Source of the DNA: a virus
Taxonomy: Duplodnaviria; Caudoviricetes
DNA: 61,312 nucleotides
Reading direction: 5' to 3' (one strand)
IMG/VR virus record: IMGVR_UViG_3300011115_000316
Location: 1 to 61,312 of that record
Shown: piece by piece, positions 9,386-18,025 of the stretch
Layout of the letters: each line of letters starts with the position of its first letter
Numbering within the stretch: position 1 is the first letter of the stretch
Position numbers and translations under genes: made by a program
The notes under the pieces: model-generated
The model's database searches: none
What the model was told of the DNA's origin: nothing
Seen by the model: only the letters and a program-made list of their open reading frames with translations

Positions 9386-9721
9386 TTAGCAGGCCATGCC
9401 GCCGCTTTTCATCTTGATCTGCTCGGCTTTGGTTTTGCCTTTGGTAGCAACCCCGTCAGCCGCACGGACAAAACCGCCAGTTGCCATTTTCTTCATGGGC
9501 ATTTCAGGTTTGGCTCCAGCTTTTTTCTTAGCCATCATTGCCATCATGCCTGCGTTCATTTTGGAAGCCATAGTATCACCACCTTTTGAAAATTTACGGC
9601 CTTTATCGGCCTCGTTAAAGTCTCTCCCCACCGACTGCGGGACTCCTACTTTCTTAGCAAAGCTCGGGCTGTGAGCTATTGCCGCCATGAACCTGTGCTG
9701 CTTTGCCGAGGTAGAAGGCAC
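9386..9721 (-). CDS. Small basic protein
   Basis: PSTSAKQHRFM start; FSKGG, MATGG, MKSGG motifs. Confidence 0.7.
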   Translation of the reverse strand: MPSTSAKQHRFMAAIAHSPSFAKKVGVPQSVGRDFNEADKGRKFSKGGDTMASKMNAGMMAMMAKKKAGAKPEMPMKKMATGGFVRAADGVATKGKTKAEQIKMKSGGMAC

Positions 9722-9888
9722 TACTCTCTCCGAGTCCACCGCTTAACGGTGTCCATTTCCCAAATGCGAAGTCCCGTCCAGATGATAGTAAACAAGGCTG
9801 CAATGGAGGGAAGCAGTTCTGCCAGTGTCCCAATCACGGTCACGATAGAAAGGGCGTCGATGGCATGCTTAAAAGAGTCGTCTTTCAT
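9721..9888 (-). CDS. Small membrane protein, holin-like
   Basis: 55 aa, hydrophobic core, basic C-terminus. Confidence 0.55.
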   Translation of the reverse strand: MKDDSFKHAIDALSIVTVIGTLAELLPSIAALFTIIWTGLRIWEMDTVKRWTRRE

Positions 9889-9889
9889 G

Positions 9890-10147
9890 TCAGCATTTCC
9901 ATCTTGCAAGGGAAGCAGCCTTCCGGGTGGGCTTGCCCTTCTCATCCTTCATCGGCCCCGGCATGCCCGACATACGGGCGCAAAATGAGTTCTTACGTGC
10001 GCCGCCTTGGGGCTGTGGAGCCTTGAGGTTGCTGCCTGTTGCCGCGTTGTACTTGGCTCTACCTTTGGCAGTCAAGCCCGCACCCTGAGAGATCGGTAGC
10101 TTCTCGCCCCGACCCACAGAGAGAACCGGGCCTTGCTTCTTAGCCAT
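9890..10147 (-). CDS. Small basic protein
   Basis: GLTAKGRAKYN...SFCARM...WKC pattern. Confidence 0.7.
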   Translation of the reverse strand: MAKKQGPVLSVGRGEKLPISQGAGLTAKGRAKYNAATGSNLKAPQPQGGARKNSFCARMSGMPGPMKDEKGKPTRKAASLARWKC

Positions 10148-10433
10148 AGAACACTTCGATACCCACAACCGTACCAACGCTGGTTGTAAGGTGCAGCCCT
10201 GTGGTTGCCAAGATACCTTCGCCGGGGATCGTGATGTTGAAGTTTACCGGTGTGGTAACGCTGGCAAGGTCCATCGTAAACAACACAGCGGCAGTGGCGC
10301 TGCCATTACGAATCTCAAATGTTGCCGCTGTGCTTACTTTAGGGCTGACCACAATGCCTTTGAGGCGTGTGCGCCCTAAAATAAAAGAACCCGCAGCAGT
10401 CAGATGTGCCGCTTGTACATCGGTTTGCATCAT
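10140..10433 (-). CDS. Hypothetical structural protein
   Basis: GGAG RBS; RLKG...IPGEGIL...FYG pattern. Confidence 0.7.
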   Translation of the reverse strand: MMQTDVQAAHLTAAGSFILGRTRLKGIVVSPKVSTAATFEIRNGSATAAVLFTMDLASVTTPVNFNITIPGEGILATTGLHLTTSVGTVVGIEVFYG

Positions 10434-10467
10434 AAGTAATCTCCAGTTGTGGGGTTGCCCCCGAAGA

Positions 10468-10926
10468 TTAAGCGGTGCGTGTAAACACGTAGGCTGTTGC
10501 GCTGGAGAACATTAGCGTGAACCGGCCCACACCTGTAACACCAGAGGCCACTGTTGACTGACCAAAACTTGCCGCAGTGGTAGCGGCTGCATCGGATTTA
10601 ATACCGTTTGTAGCCACAAGGACGGTCACTGCGTTGGCCCCCGCCGTGTTGTCAATGTACAGGTCAAACACAGTACCTTGGGATGCACCCAGTGCTGCAC
10701 CAAGCAACGTGCCTGTCGGCAGCGTGATGGAGACTGCGGCTGCTGAAGTTGAGGTGATGTAGCCCGTTGCTACCTGAACAGCAGTGGCTGTTGCGGTGGC
10801 GTTGATTGCCGTTGGCGTGTGGGTGATGCTGCCTGTTCCAGCAATGTTGCCCGTGACGTTGCCAGTAAGAGCGCCAATAAAGCCATTGGTAGACGTAACC
10901 GGGCCAGAAAACGTGGTTGATGCCAT
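10468..10926 (-). CDS. Putative virion structural/decoration protein
   Basis: AAGGA RBS; TTFSGPV.S.NGF start; Ala/Thr-rich. Confidence 0.7.
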   Translation of the reverse strand: MASTTFSGPVTSTNGFIGALTGNVTGNIAGTGSITHTPTAINATATATAVQVATGYITSTSAAAVSITLPTGTLLGAALGASQGTVFDLYIDNTAGANAVTVLVATNGIKSDAAATTAASFGQSTVASGVTGVGRFTLMFSSATAYVFTRTA

Positions 10927-10937
10927 GATTTTTCCTT

Positions 10938-11005
10938 ACATACAAGTTAGGCGCATTAGTCTGTATGTCGTCAGCCGGGGCTGTCTAATGCACCGGAAAG
11001 CCCGG
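10938..11005 (-). ncRNA. Candidate doubly pseudoknotted 5' leader RNA
   Basis: Three interleaved pairings: CCGGGCT/AGCCCCGG, GGTGCATTAG/CTAATGCGCC, ACATACA/TGTATGT. Confidence 0.55.
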
Positions 11006-11623
11006 AGTAGCTGCAATATAGCACACTTTTTTGGGGGGTGCAAAGAGCTTGTTCGACTTTTTTAAATTTTCTTCTTGGGTAATCACCCGTAGGTTCCACG
11101 GTACATGCAGCCCACAGACTTCCTCTGAGCGCAGGGGGACAATGTGGTCTACAACGTACTGTTCGCCAGTGGTCTGGGTCATAGTGATGGCAACTTGGTA
11201 AATCTGCCGTATCTCCGACTTCTGTTTGCGACTCAGCCACGGTGGGGTGGCGTCTCGGTGTTTACGCCTTCTGGCTTTTGTGTCCGCCCTAATTTGGGTT
11301 TTGTGGTTAGCTTTCCACGTGTTTCGGTATTCGCGCAGTATGTGCGCGGGGCGAGTAGCGGCGGTATTGATTACCGTTTCACGGTTTTCTTGGTACCACT
11401 CATTTTTACGATCTTTAACTTCTTCGCGTCTGTTGTAGGCGATAAAGTAGTCGGCGCGTTCAGCACCGTTTTTGACCCACTCAGCTTTCAAGCATTCTAT
11501 ACAGGCCCCTTTGGTTTTGCGTGGGGCTACATGCCCGTGCTTGCACGGATCTCCCGTGAAGTAGTGCTTAGCTCCGGTGGCTTTGGCTTCGGCTCGCGTT
11601 TTTGGTAATCCGGTAATGTCCAT
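10985..11623 (-). CDS. Free-standing HNH homing endonuclease
   Basis: CKHGH...CIEC N-terminus; TPPWL...VDHIVPL...GLHVPWNL...N.KKSN. Confidence 0.85.
   Translation of the reverse strand: MDITGLPKTRAEAKATGAKHYFTGDPCKHGHVAPRKTKGACIECLKAEWVKNGAERADYFIAYNRREEVKDRKNEWYQENRETVINTAATRPAHILREYRNTWKANHKTQIRADTKARRRKHRDATPPWLSRKQKSEIRQIYQVAITMTQTTGEQYVVDHIVPLRSEEVCGLHVPWNLRVITQEENLKKSNKLFAPPKKVCYIAATPGFPVH
11015..11043 (-). promoter_or_regulatory. Sigma70-like promoter for the post-capsid genes
   Basis: TTGCAC-N17-TATATT with extended -10 TG. Confidence 0.6.
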
Positions 11624-11650
11624 AGTAGCTCCTGTGACTTAGTAACAGGT

Positions 11651-11678
11651 AATGTACCACAAAACAAGCAAAAGTCAA
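11651..11678 (-). promoter_or_regulatory. Sigma70-like promoter for the HNH gene
   Basis: TTGACT-N16-TACATT with extended -10 TG; AGGAG RBS downstream. Confidence 0.6.
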
Positions 11679-11683
11679 CAAGC

Positions 11684-11708
11684 AAAGAAAAAGGCCCCGA
11701 AGGGCCTT
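11684..11708 (-). terminator. Rho-independent terminator after the capsid gene
   Basis: AAGGCCC-TTCG-GGGCCTT followed by a T-rich tract. Confidence 0.85.
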
Positions 11709-11732
11709 AAAACTAGGGGTAAACCCTTGGTT

Positions 11733-12644
11733 TTAGGAAGCGCCTGGGCTTCCGAAGATGCCCAGAGGATCAGACCAACCGAACGAATACCGTTCGCGGC
11801 TCTTGTATCTCACGTTTCCGGTGTCAAAATCACCATCCATTGAGTTTGCCAACGCTGCACGTTCAAAATGCTTCAGGCCGTTAGGCACATCGGTCATCAG
11901 GAACCATGCATTGGTATCAGTCAAGAAGTGGTTGATGCAATACCCTTGTGGGATAGAGCCGTTGTTCTTCAAGGCGTTGATATCGTTGTCGGCAGTCGAT
12001 ACGCGCAGATTGGTTTCCAGCAAGCGGGTTGCAGTGAACTGCAATGCTGGCGGGATGACCAACTTCTTGGGCTGGGCTGCGATCAGCAAACCGCGCTCGT
12101 CCGTCCAAGCAGCAATCTGAATAACTGCGTTTTCCAACGAAGTTTCGTTCAAATCGGCTGCGGTTGCAGGACGGTTGCTGTTGGTTCCGCCAGACACCAG
12201 AGGGTGTGCAGTAGAAATCAGAGACACCCCGTCACCACCCAAATACGCGCTACTGAAAGCGTTATTTAGGATGGCAGCGCCTTTGACCTGCTTGGTATAC
12301 GCCATTGCACGGGCCAGAGCCTTGGTGTAACGGGCAGACAGCGAGTCATACAGGTTGTCTTCAACAGCCTCTTCGGTGATGGAGAAGCCAAGAGCGATAG
12401 TCTCATGGTTGTACCGAGCCGTGAACGCTTCCTGTGCATTGTCATAAGCAATGGCAGAACCCTCGTTCTTGACTGGTGCAGGGGAGAATCCCGACAGCTT
12501 GGTCTCTTCTTCAAAAGAACGCTCTGATTTTTCAGTCTCATAAATTTCTTTATGTTCCAGTTGGTAGGTTGTGTATTCCAAACCAAACAAAGCATTCAGA
12601 CCGGGAAGGAGTTCCTTCAGTAGTTGTGCGCGTGAAGTAGCCAT
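11733..12644 (-). CDS. Major capsid protein
   Basis: SRAQLLKELLPGLNALFG start, ERYSFGWSDP end; follows scaffold; strong terminator. Confidence 0.85.
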   Translation of the reverse strand: MATSRAQLLKELLPGLNALFGLEYTTYQLEHKEIYETEKSERSFEEETKLSGFSPAPVKNEGSAIAYDNAQEAFTARYNHETIALGFSITEEAVEDNLYDSLSARYTKALARAMAYTKQVKGAAILNNAFSSAYLGGDGVSLISTAHPLVSGGTNSNRPATAADLNETSLENAVIQIAAWTDERGLLIAAQPKKLVIPPALQFTATRLLETNLRVSTADNDINALKNNGSIPQGYCINHFLTDTNAWFLMTDVPNGLKHFERAALANSMDGDFDTGNVRYKSRERYSFGWSDPLGIFGSPGAS

Positions 12645-12656
12645 GATTTATGCTCC

Positions 12657-13496
12657 TTATACTGCGGTGGCAGTGTAGTACGAATGAACAGCGAAGTTAA
12701 GTTTGACCAAAACTTCAGGGTACATCGTAACAATGACAGTTGAAGCTGCCGGGATGTCCGTCACACTGCCGGGAACCGCCACGGCTACGTTCAGAGTTCC
12801 GGAAGTCCCGCCAGATGCAATAGCACCCGTCAAGAAACTACCCGTACCAATGATCTGCCCGTTTGCAGCAACATACGCAACATCTGCTCCGGTAAGAGAA
12901 GCGCCGCTCAAACCTGTTCCGGTAAGGGTTAGGGTTGTAGAGCTTGTGCTACCTGTGCCAGTGAAGCTATATGCCGATTCTTCAACCAAACCAACCACAC
13001 GGCATGGGAACGCCGCAGTTGTCAAGGTGGCTGAATACAGCAAAGACACAGCAGAATTGCCTGTGGTGGTGGAACCAGCATTTTGGATAAGACCGTAGTT
13101 TTGTCCTAGCATGGCTACTGAGGCAGACGCAATGACTGTGGTCGCAGAGCAAACCGCGACTTTAAACACTGTATCTGGATCATCACAAACAATAGCTTCA
13201 CAGTCACCAGCAAGCGTAGAAGCAGGCCAGTACTGTTGGAACTGCTTTTGTCCTGTCAGCGGGTTGGTAAAGGAGCAGCCGAGGAAAACCCCGACCAAAC
13301 CTGTACCTGTACCACTTGTCGTACTTGTGTTTTTAACGATAGTGCCGCGAACAATATTTACGAGATCGCCGTAAAAAATATTCGTAGCGTAACTGTACTG
13401 AATAGGGTAGTTTCGGGTTGACCCCGAGAATACCTGCCCACCGAGCAAATTGATCGGCTTCAAGCCATAAGGCTTGTCAATCGTAGGATATGCCAT
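12657..13496 (-). CDS. Capsid-associated (decoration/cement-like) protein
   Basis: PYGLKP...IFYGD.V...GVFLGC...DDP pattern; directly upstream of the capsid gene. Confidence 0.65.
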   Translation of the reverse strand: MAYPTIDKPYGLKPINLLGGQVFSGSTRNYPIQYSYATNIFYGDLVNIVRGTIVKNTSTTSGTGTGLVGVFLGCSFTNPLTGQKQFQQYWPASTLAGDCEAIVCDDPDTVFKVAVCSATTVIASASVAMLGQNYGLIQNAGSTTTGNSAVSLLYSATLTTAAFPCRVVGLVEESAYSFTGTGSTSSTTLTLTGTGLSGASLTGADVAYVAANGQIIGTGSFLTGAIASGGTSGTLNVAVAVPGSVTDIPAASTVIVTMYPEVLVKLNFAVHSYYTATAV

Positions 13497-13509
13497 AAAA
13501 AACTCCTAA

Positions 13510-13959
13510 TTATTTAGAACCAGAACCAAATCCTTGTCCACGAGTGTTTGTAGATTTTCGGTCTGCAAACAAAGGCATACGAGGGTCGTTGTTCCGCATA
13601 AAACTATTATCCACTGACTCCATCTGCTCAGATGCGTGCTTGTCATAGTACTGCTTTCGGGCATCTGTACGGTCGGATGGCTGTTTGCATAGCATCAGTC
13701 CACCGATTTCCACATTGCCATTGGCACTACCAACAATCATCAGTTCAGGATGGTCTACTGCTTTTACTGGCTCCCAACCATCTCGCAGTTGGCGAGACAC
13801 GTTTGTGTGGTGTGCTGTTCCGTTTACATGCGTAGCAATCCAACGGAACGAGTACCCCGGTTCAGGAGTCGGGTCTGGCAGTGAAGAGGGCGGTACGTAT
13901 ACCGTCCGTGCATTTTTATCGCGTGACACTAGGTCGCGGGGGGTACGAGCATCAGCCAT
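13510..13959 (-). CDS. Conserved head-module protein
   Basis: FRWI...GWEPV...GGLMLCK pattern. Confidence 0.7.
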   Translation of the reverse strand: MADARTPRDLVSRDKNARTVYVPPSSLPDPTPEPGYSFRWIATHVNGTAHHTNVSRQLRDGWEPVKAVDHPELMIVGSANGNVEIGGLMLCKQPSDRTDARKQYYDKHASEQMESVDNSFMRNNDPRMPLFADRKSTNTRGQGFGSGSK

Positions 13960-14872
13960 TTTGATTCTCCAGTTTAGCTACTTGAACAGCATATTGTTGA
14001 GGGGTTAGTCCAAACTTCTTAGCCAACGCAACCTGAGTTGTTGTTAGCTGAACTTTCTTTGGCCCTGACGAACGAGTCGCAGAGGCCACAACAGATGAAG
14101 GTCGAGTGCTTCGTGCATCGCGCCCCCCAAATGCTTCTGGGAAGGTGCTTCGCATACGAGAATCAATACGCTCAAAATACTCGTCAGAGCGAGGGTCTAC
14201 CCCCGAATTCACTAGTTTTTGGTGCAGCCCTAGTGAAAAGCTGGTTAATTCTTCGTTACCCGGAGAGCCAAACCACTGGTTTTTTGCTTGCCAGCGCAAG
14301 GTTTTTTCATCAGGCTCTGCGGCTACCGGTTCCGATTTCCGTATTTGTACATTATCTGAAGCCGTTTGTAAAGGGGTCGGCTTAAAATGCTGCGCTGAAA
14401 TCATCTTCAGCTTAGCATCCGTCAGCGCCTCCTGTGCCGCAATGATAGCATCAGTATCAAAAGCCTCCTGTGCGACCTTGTAGTTACGCCGTGCCGTCTC
14501 AAGCTCACTGCCAACCGCTTGTTTTACGGTTTCTGCATACTGCTGAGCACCATTATTGGCGTAGTTCTTTAGCTGCCGGTTCTCGTCCAGCAGTTGCTGG
14601 GCAAGATTCTCAAGCTCTTGCTTTTCCCGAATGGTTGACTCCTTGGCACGGCGCTCATCGTGGCGTGCATGGGTCAATTCCTTGATTCGGCCACGTACTT
14701 TGTCGGAATACGAGTTGATTTCATCGTCTGTTGGGTCTTCAACGGGGCGGTCAAGCGCCACACGCCCTCGATCTCGGTCTGGCGTGTCGTCTACAACCTC
14801 AATTTCGATCTCTGTGTCTTTTTCGCCCGCTTTTGCGGCAATTTCATCGGGGAACTCAAACTTTTCAGCCAT
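13952..14872 (-). CDS. Capsid scaffolding protein (putative)
   Basis: Acidic N-terminus, coiled coil, W..KN.WFG, LT..QV.LAKKFG...YA C-terminus. Confidence 0.7.
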   Translation of the reverse strand: MAEKFEFPDEIAAKAGEKDTEIEIEVVDDTPDRDRGRVALDRPVEDPTDDEINSYSDKVRGRIKELTHARHDERRAKESTIREKQELENLAQQLLDENRQLKNYANNGAQQYAETVKQAVGSELETARRNYKVAQEAFDTDAIIAAQEALTDAKLKMISAQHFKPTPLQTASDNVQIRKSEPVAAEPDEKTLRWQAKNQWFGSPGNEELTSFSLGLHQKLVNSGVDPRSDEYFERIDSRMRSTFPEAFGGRDARSTRPSSVVASATRSSGPKKVQLTTTQVALAKKFGLTPQQYAVQVAKLENQNG

Positions 14873-14881
14873 TTTTACTCC

Positions 14882-15292
14882 TTACGCACGGGTCAAGCCA
14901 CGTGGATCTTGCACAACCGCGTCTACTTGGTCGTCATTCAGTAGACGGAACTCTTTGCCGTAGATTTTGAAGCGTGTACCCGAGTAGGTACGCACCAGAA
15001 CAAAGTCTCCAGCCTTACACCACGCACCACCGGGGAACTTGGCTTGATCTTTGTACGCATCCGGGCCAACTTTTACAACAAAGAGCACGGTGGTGGCGTG
15101 TTCTTCTTGCCGCATGTAGGGGTCTGCTTTGACAATGGTGGAATTCTCAAAGGTTTTCTCTACATCGGGCACCACACACAGTAGCTTCCATCCCGTGGGG
15201 TCAGGAAGTTGCGTAGCTTTCTTTTCTTGAAACGCATCCTCACTGGGGTTTTCCGTAAGTTGGATGGTTTTTGGCAAAATAAGATTACTCAT
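14882..15292 (-). CDS. GroES-like co-chaperonin
   Basis: P.GWKLL...VVKVGPDAY...GDFV...YSGT...FRLLNDDQV.AVV. Confidence 0.8.
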   Translation of the reverse strand: MSNLILPKTIQLTENPSEDAFQEKKATQLPDPTGWKLLCVVPDVEKTFENSTIVKADPYMRQEEHATTVLFVVKVGPDAYKDQAKFPGGAWCKAGDFVLVRTYSGTRFKIYGKEFRLLNDDQVDAVVQDPRGLTRA

Positions 15293-15479
15293 CGGCTCTT
15301 TCTGCTTTTTCAGCAAGGTCAATTAAATAACGCTCTGCAAGAGCTAGACCTTGAATAGTCCCGCAGAGTTTTTGGTACTCTTCAAAATTGCGACAGCTTC
15401 CCCCCGCCAAGTCATCGGCGTAGTTGTTCATGTCGGTACGAATCTTTTCGCGCAGTACGCGTGTGAAGGCTTGGATCAT
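15285..15479 (-). CDS. Hypothetical protein
   Basis: ATGA overlap; EEYQKLCG.IQGL. Confidence 0.7.
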   Translation of the reverse strand: MIQAFTRVLREKIRTDMNNYADDLAGGSCRNFEEYQKLCGTIQGLALAERYLIDLAEKAERADE

Positions 15480-18016
15480 GTTGACTCTTTCGGTTGTTGC
15501 ATGGCTTGCGCCCTGCTCTTGGCAACATCGATGCCCATTTTGACCCCCGCTTCTTGCTGCTGTGCAGCCAGTTTCGCTTTGCTATCCTGTATCTGTGCAC
15601 CAACTTTCATCCCGGCAAGCTGGTTCTGCAACTGCGCCTTCTGCTGCTCCAGTTTTAGTTTGTCTGCTTGTGCAGTGGCATCAACAATCAGCTTCTTCTC
15701 CTGCATAGCCGCCTGCTGCGCCATCTGCTGGTTCTTAGACTGCAACTGCTGCATGGCAAGCTGGTTTTTCATCTGGGAGTCTTGGGCTTTAAGCTGCAAC
15801 TCCTGCTGCTTGATCTGCAACTCCTGCTGTTGCATTTGAATCAGCGGGTCTTGCTGGTTCTGTTGCGCTTGCTGCTGCGCGGCTTGCGCTTGGTTCTGTT
15901 GCAAGACCTGTTGCGCGGCTTGAGCCAACATGCCCGACAGCGCCGTTTCCACTTCCGGTGGAAGCTTCTCGTCTTGCGGCGGCATGGGCATGCCCAGTTG
16001 CTGCTCGATCTGCTGTCGATACTGGAAGCCAACGTGCTCTGCAAGGTGAGCCATCAGCGCCCCTTGAATAAGCGGAGCCTTGGGGCTTTGACCAATAATT
16101 TGCGTTATTGACGGGTCTTGCATCATGGCTTGGTGCACTGCAATGTGGGATTTATGATCCTGATACGAGAACGCTTTTACCGGCTCTCCTTTGATGATCA
16201 TCATGTTCTCAGTCACCGGGTCTAGCGGTTTCTGGTCATCGGGCAGGGGCACCAGCTTGTCGGCATTCTTGATCCCCAAGACCTCCAGCATGTTGCGGTG
16301 CAACTGCGGTAGGTCATAAATATCCGGAGCCATCTGTGCCATCTGAATCACAGCTTGGTACTGGACAACCCGCTGGCTCATGGTGGCCGCATTGGGGTCG
16401 CTGACGGGGATCACATCCACAGCGTCGTAGTCTTCCTTCTTAGCCTTCCTGTCGCCCACTTCAGGCTCATACGGATAGTCTGGGTCGGTGTAGTCCGCAA
16501 TGATGCGGGCCAGCAGCTTAAGCTCTTGTTTAAACGCCGCGTGCACCCGTGCCTGCACTGCCGTCATCACTTTAAGCTGGCGCTCCAACAAAGCCAGCGT
16601 TGTGCCCACAGGCGACTGCCCTGACATGTCGCTGATCTTCAGATCCGCAGTGGCGGCAAACCTGCGGCCTTCTTCTACGATGTTACCCAGCAGGGTGTAC
16701 AGAACTTGGCTGGGCTCCTTGTAGGGCAGCGGCAGGATGTTGTCCCGCATCACCCCAGAGCCAATGTCTACATCCCGCCACTCGCCGGGGGCAATGGGTG
16801 TGTCGTCGCCCTTGATTCGCAGCCCTCTGGTCTTGAGGCCACCGGGAAGGTTGGAAAGTGTTCCCGCGTCCACAAGCTGTCGCATAATGCTGGTAGCCGA
16901 CTTCGCGAACCCTCCGATGAGGTGGAACAGCCCAAACCCGTAAGCCCCAAAACCCGGGATGTATTGGTAGTGAACGAAGTGCTGTCGTTTAAGTCTAAGG
17001 TCGTCATCTTCTTCCCAGTTGCGGCGAATCGCCAAAACCTCGCCCGTACCCTTGATTAGAGTCACTACATAGGGCAGCATAATCCCGGTCTCTTCGCCGT
17101 CTTTGTCCGTGTCCTCAAACCCCTTCAGGTCAAGGTCTGCGTGGATCTCATACAGGATGAACCGGTCATCGTTTAGATCGCTGAACCCCGTCTCTTTGTC
17201 CTTGGCTTTCTCAATATCGGTGGTTTCTTTGGTTGGGTCACCGATGTCGCAGTCCCGGTAAAACCCCGCCTTCTGCAGCTTCAGTATCTCGTTCTTGGTC
17301 TTGTGCATCACGTGGGTGACGCGGTAGCAAGACTGGATGTCCGATGCTCCATAGGGCAGCAAGATGTCTTCTGCCGGGATGAATATGGAAGTCTGCCGGC
17401 CTAGGCTGGGGTCGTAGTAGACCTTCTTGAACGCGGAACCTGTGGCAGGAAGGCTCCACAGCATGCGCTCGTGCTCGGCCCTGAACTCGACCATCTTCTC
17501 CGTCAGTTGGTAGTTCATGTCTTCCTGAACACGAACCGCCGACTCTTTCTTCTCTCTGGTCTCTTTGCCAATGATCTTGGTCTTCACCGGGCCTGCCGCC
17601 GGGAAGGTCTCCGTAATGGTCTCGCTTTGAAAGCGTACAACCGCCTCGGTGATCATGGGGTGGAACACGCCGCAAGCGCCATTCCACGGCTCTGTGCGTT
17701 CTTCGTACTGCAGGCCCAGCAGTTTCAGACCTTCGGTGTAGGCTTTCTCCCAGTCCTTGCGCCCTGCTTTGTCGTTGTCGATCTCCGAAGTCAGGTCAGA
17801 ACTGAGGGACTGCATCGCCCCTTCGCCCATCTCCTCGGCCAGATTTGCGGAAAAGTCTCCGTCCTGTGCTGCATCCGGATCAATCTCGATCTCCATGCCG
17901 TCGAGCCCAATCTTCACGGACTCCGGATCAACGATCTCAATTTCAATAGCTTCATCCCCCATGTCGTCCAGACCCATAGGGGCTTGGTACAGCGCTTTAT
18001 CGATGTTGGTTGCCAT
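15476..18016 (-). CDS. Portal protein
   Basis: 846 aa after the terminase; PW.GACGV.HP, GSAFKKVY, Q-rich C-terminal coiled coil. Confidence 0.9.
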   Translation of the reverse strand: MATNIDKALYQAPMGLDDMGDEAIEIEIVDPESVKIGLDGMEIEIDPDAAQDGDFSANLAEEMGEGAMQSLSSDLTSEIDNDKAGRKDWEKAYTEGLKLLGLQYEERTEPWNGACGVFHPMITEAVVRFQSETITETFPAAGPVKTKIIGKETREKKESAVRVQEDMNYQLTEKMVEFRAEHERMLWSLPATGSAFKKVYYDPSLGRQTSIFIPAEDILLPYGASDIQSCYRVTHVMHKTKNEILKLQKAGFYRDCDIGDPTKETTDIEKAKDKETGFSDLNDDRFILYEIHADLDLKGFEDTDKDGEETGIMLPYVVTLIKGTGEVLAIRRNWEEDDDLRLKRQHFVHYQYIPGFGAYGFGLFHLIGGFAKSATSIMRQLVDAGTLSNLPGGLKTRGLRIKGDDTPIAPGEWRDVDIGSGVMRDNILPLPYKEPSQVLYTLLGNIVEEGRRFAATADLKISDMSGQSPVGTTLALLERQLKVMTAVQARVHAAFKQELKLLARIIADYTDPDYPYEPEVGDRKAKKEDYDAVDVIPVSDPNAATMSQRVVQYQAVIQMAQMAPDIYDLPQLHRNMLEVLGIKNADKLVPLPDDQKPLDPVTENMMIIKGEPVKAFSYQDHKSHIAVHQAMMQDPSITQIIGQSPKAPLIQGALMAHLAEHVGFQYRQQIEQQLGMPMPPQDEKLPPEVETALSGMLAQAAQQVLQQNQAQAAQQQAQQNQQDPLIQMQQQELQIKQQELQLKAQDSQMKNQLAMQQLQSKNQQMAQQAAMQEKKLIVDATAQADKLKLEQQKAQLQNQLAGMKVGAQIQDSKAKLAAQQQEAGVKMGIDVAKSRAQAMQQPKEST

Positions 18017-18025
18017 TTGGTATCC

